Shown piece by piece: positions 61,097 through 64,000 of a stretch of DNA of 64,000 nucleotides. The stretch spans positions 46,296,777 to 46,360,776 of the forward strand of contig NC_092390.1 of the NCBI RefSeq assembly GCF_030028105.1, written 5' to 3'. The notes beneath the pieces were generated by a model. It saw only the letters and a list, made by a program, of their open reading frames with translations. It searched no databases and was not told the origin of the DNA. Source of the DNA: Mobula birostris (taxonomy: Eukaryota). Positions within the stretch are counted from its first letter, which is position 1. Every line of letters begins with the position of its first letter. A program made the translations under genes and the position numbers.

Positions 61097-61944
61097 TCAT
61101 CATCGTAGCTTGTCACACCAGACAGCCAGCCACTCTAGTGTTGTTTGATTGATGTTGAGCAGGTCAGTGTCAGCGAAATCAGGTGAGGGTGGGCAGTTGC
61201 GTAGAACGTGTTCAATGTTCTGCACCCTTTCACCACACTCACAAGATTCGCTGGTCTTTAAACCCCACTTCACCATATTGTCTCCCGTCCTACAAACTCC
61301 CGCTTGCGTTCTGTTGAGAGTGCACCACTTCCGTCTGTCAAGCAGTGCCCCGTCTGGTAACATTTCTGTGGGGTCTTGCACTGTATTGTTTGGTGAGGTT
61401 CTGGCTTCTGTTTGTTGTCGGAGGTCAATCCTGTGTGTTTGGGGGGATGTTCCGTGCGGTAGTTCCTCCACTGTAGCAAAGCTTTTCCTTGACTTTAGGC
61501 GGTTGGAAACTGGCACATGATGGTGTAGTGGGTGCCATGGATCCGAGTTCTGTTTACCTTTTTCAATTTTTGTTGTAGTGTGTCTTCTGATCTCTGGGGG
61601 AGCAATGCCTGCAAGTCTGTAAATGATGTTAGTGGGTGTGGGGCGCAGTGTACCCGTGATTATTCAGCAGGCTTCATTAAGCAACGGGTCTATTTTCTTT
61701 GCATGGGCTGATCTGCCCCACACAGGTGCACAGTATTCTGCAGCTGCATTAGCAGAGTGCTAGGGCAGTTGATCTAAGTGTGTGAGCATTAGCTCCCCAT
61801 TTCGTGCCTGTTTATTTTTTCAAGAGAGAATTGCGAGAGCTAACTTTCCCTTGGCATTTTTGGATGTGGATGGCAAATGAGTGCATCCTATCCAGTGTCA
61901 CGCCCAGGTAAATTGGAGTCGGATGTAATTTGGAGTTGTAAAAG
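61097..61944 (-). mobile_element. Vingi (Ingi-clade) LINE, 3' part
   Basis: PIYLGVTLDR...SSRNSLLKK...KWGANAHTLRSTALAL...AAEYCAPVW...LAGIAPPEIRR...RLKSRKSF...WCTLNR...KWG...CECG..QNIEHVLRNC (C-terminal CCHC); (GAT)n tail; flanking near-repeat GACAAGGGAATA / GACAAAGGAACA. Confidence 0.88.
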
Positions 61945-62094
61945 GACAAAGGAACATAGAAGATCAGAAGTGATAATGGAATGAAACTCAAACTCCCACC
62001 AAGGTCCTTGGCTGGGATAATGGCCAAAAAATCATTTTCTGGGGTGTAAAGGACTGCTTTCTCTACTTAGACAGCCCCATCATAGAAAACCAAA

Positions 62095-63260
62095 GTAAAA
62101 TTACGATGCAGAGGAGAGCATTTAGACTATTATGTCTGTGCTGATTGAAGATGACGTACCCAGCTTAAGTCCAACTTCCATCACTCAATCCACGGCACTG
62201 CATTCATGACACTAGAAGTACGCTCCCGGGCACTTTTGAAAGGCAGTGCAGGTTTATGTTTCTACCCCTCTTTCGTGCTGTGAATTCTTGATCCCTACTA
62301 TAACCTGATGAAAAAGAAATTCTTGTTTTCCCTTTAATCCTCCCATCAATTTCTTTGTATCAATGTCCTCTGGTTTTGAACAGTCCATAGGGGCAATGGT
62401 CCTTTGCGTATATACCATTCATAATTCTATGCATTTTTTTGCAAAGGAAACTACTCTACCTCCTTTAATGGGGAACCATGATAGCGTAATGGTTAGCATA
62501 GCACTTAACAGTACCAGCATCCCGAGTTCAATCCCTGCCACTGCCTATAGGGAGTTTGTATGTTCCCCCAGCTTGCTTGAGTTTTCTCCGGGTTCTCCGG
62601 TTTCATCCCACAGTCCAAAGGCGTACCGGTTGGTAGGTTAATTAGTCATTGTAAATTGTCTTGTGATTAGGCTAGGGTTAAATCAGGGATTGCAGCTCCA
62701 AGGACCGGAGGGGCCTATTCTGTGCTGTATCTCAATAAATAAAACAGTAAAATAAATAAAAATCTGAATTTTCCAATGCTAGCAACATCCCTGTAAATCT
62801 CAGCACCCTCTTCAGAGCAACCAAATCTTTCCAATAAAGTGGTGAACGGAACTAATTACCAAGCTGTGGCTTAACTAATACTGCATTGGTTCACACTCTG
62901 CTGATTTTATATATTTCATCTAGCAAAAGAAAATATCCTATATACCAGTTAGTCATTTTATCAACCTGTACTGTTGCTTTTAACACTGACACCTCTCTGT
63001 TCCTGCAGACATCTTAATGTGCTTCCACTGATTCTGTACTCCCAGGCTTTGTCCACACTCCCCAACTGCAATATGTCACGTTTCTCCAGATTCAACTTCA
63101 TTTGCTGCTTTTCTGTTCACCTGACCAGCGCTGATATCCTCCTGAGTTCTATCCTTCTCCCTGTCAGCCACATGGCCAGATTTTGTATCATCTACAAACA
63201 ACTTTATCTTTTAAATCTTTATTTTACGGACATAATGGGAACAAATGCGCAGTCCTGTGG
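62095..63260 (-). mobile_element. Old CR1 LINE, split by a SINE
   Basis: gaaaaagaaattctt, caacatccctgtaaatctc..ccctcttc, ttcatttgctgcttttctgttcacctgacc, gtatcatctacaaac (reverse of FVDDT), cctgtggaacccca (reverse of GVPQ). Confidence 0.7.
62470..62762 (+). mobile_element. HE1-like SINE
   Basis: A-box TAGCGTAATGG, B-box GAGTTCAATCCC, core and gggcctattctgtgctgtatctcaataaataaaa tail. Confidence 0.9.
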
Positions 63261-63324
63261 AACCCCACAGGCAGTGGCCTGGCAGTATCATCTCAATTTT
63301 CTGGTAACTGCATCCTTCTTTGCC

Positions 63325-63360
63325 CATCCTGATGAAGGGTCTCAGCCCGAAACTTTGACT
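63325..63360 (+). ncRNA. Hammerhead core fragment from a Penelope terminus
   Basis: CTGATGA (63329)-AGGGTCTCAGCCC-GAAAC intact, but the cleavage triplet is TTT instead of GTC and stem I is mismatched. Confidence 0.6.
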
Positions 63361-63941
63361 CCAATGCCATATTCAGGTTTGTTGATGAAACCACCATCAT
63401 AGGATTAATCAAAGGTGCTGACAAATCAGTATATTGGAGCGAAATTAAAAATCTGGTTGAGTGGTGCCGCAACAACAACCTCTTACTCAACGTCAGCATG
63501 ACCAAGGCGCTGATTATTGACTTGAGGAGGAGGAAGCTCGAGGACAATGAGCTAGTTCTCATTGAAGGATCAGAAGTGGAGAGGGTCAGCAGCTTTAACT
63601 TTTTCTGTGTTACCATTTCAGAGGACCTGCCCTGGGCTTAACACGTAAATGTAATTACAAAGAAAGCACTGCAGTGTTTCTACTTCCTTAGGAGTTTTTG
63701 AAGATTCGGCATGACATCTAAAACTTTGACAAACTTCTATCGATGTGTAGTGAAAAGTATATTGACTGGCTGCAACACAGCCTGGTATGGAAAACCAATG
63801 CCCTTGAATGGAAAATCCTCCAAAAGGTAGTGGATACAGTCCAGTCCATCATGGGTAAAGCCCACTCTTCTATTGAGCACATCTACATAGGACATCATTG
63901 CAGGAAAGCAACATCCATCATCAGGGACTCTCACCACCCAG
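63359..63941 (+). mobile_element. Rex1/Babar LINE, RT/thumb region
   Basis: SNAIFRFVDETTIIGLIKGADKSVYWSEIKNLVEWCRNNNLLLNVSMTKALIIDLRR...VERVSSF...LTGCNTAWYG...ATSIIRDSHHP. Confidence 0.92.
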
Positions 63942-63944
63942 ATT

Positions 63945-64000
63945 TTGCTCAGATTGGAGGATTGTGACTAGTGGTGTCCCACAAGGATCTGTTCTGGGAC
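63945..64000 (+). mobile_element. CR1 RT fragment running off the window
   Basis: SDWRIVTSGVPQGSVLG. Confidence 0.85.

Noticed and set aside
1-64000. Prokaryotic systems (CRISPR arrays, operons, defence islands), rRNA genes
   Set aside because: The sequence is vertebrate non-coding DNA; no regularly spaced repeat-spacer arrays, long ORFs or rRNA similarity were seen. The remaining short ORFs are TE fragments or random.

Overview
Eukaryotic, AT-rich, essentially non-coding window. The repeat complement (HER1/CR1 LINEs, HE1-type tRNA SINEs, Rex1/Babar LINEs, Penelope elements, Deu-domain SINE) points to a cartilaginous fish, most likely a batoid (ray). I see no intact host protein-coding gene. 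The window looks like a long intron or gene desert with TE-poor, enhancer-like blocks (about 3-6 kb, 15.5-22.7 kb, 31-35 kb, 38.5-43 kb) alternating with TE-dense, often nested clusters, plus one 166-nt assembly gap. Most striking feature: at 59.2-61.0 kb an intronless, internally deleted fragment of a sarcomeric myosin heavy chain rod (best resemblance MYH16) is fused in frame to the C-terminal tail of a Gypsy-type pol. It is followed by a polypurine tract and a complete LTR, i.e. an LTR retrotransposon that appears to have captured a host myosin mRNA. Other notable items: several minimal hammerhead-ribozyme motifs in Penelope termini, a fold-back composite insert with a 13-bp TSD, a perfect polypyrimidine-CAG|GTAAGT site (candidate recursive splice site or non-coding exon end), a relatively intact Vingi LINE, RTE-partnered SINEs and a possible fossil Harbinger transposase. 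All family assignments come from visual motif recognition, and boundaries are approximate (about +/-10-30 nt) unless a TSD is quoted.
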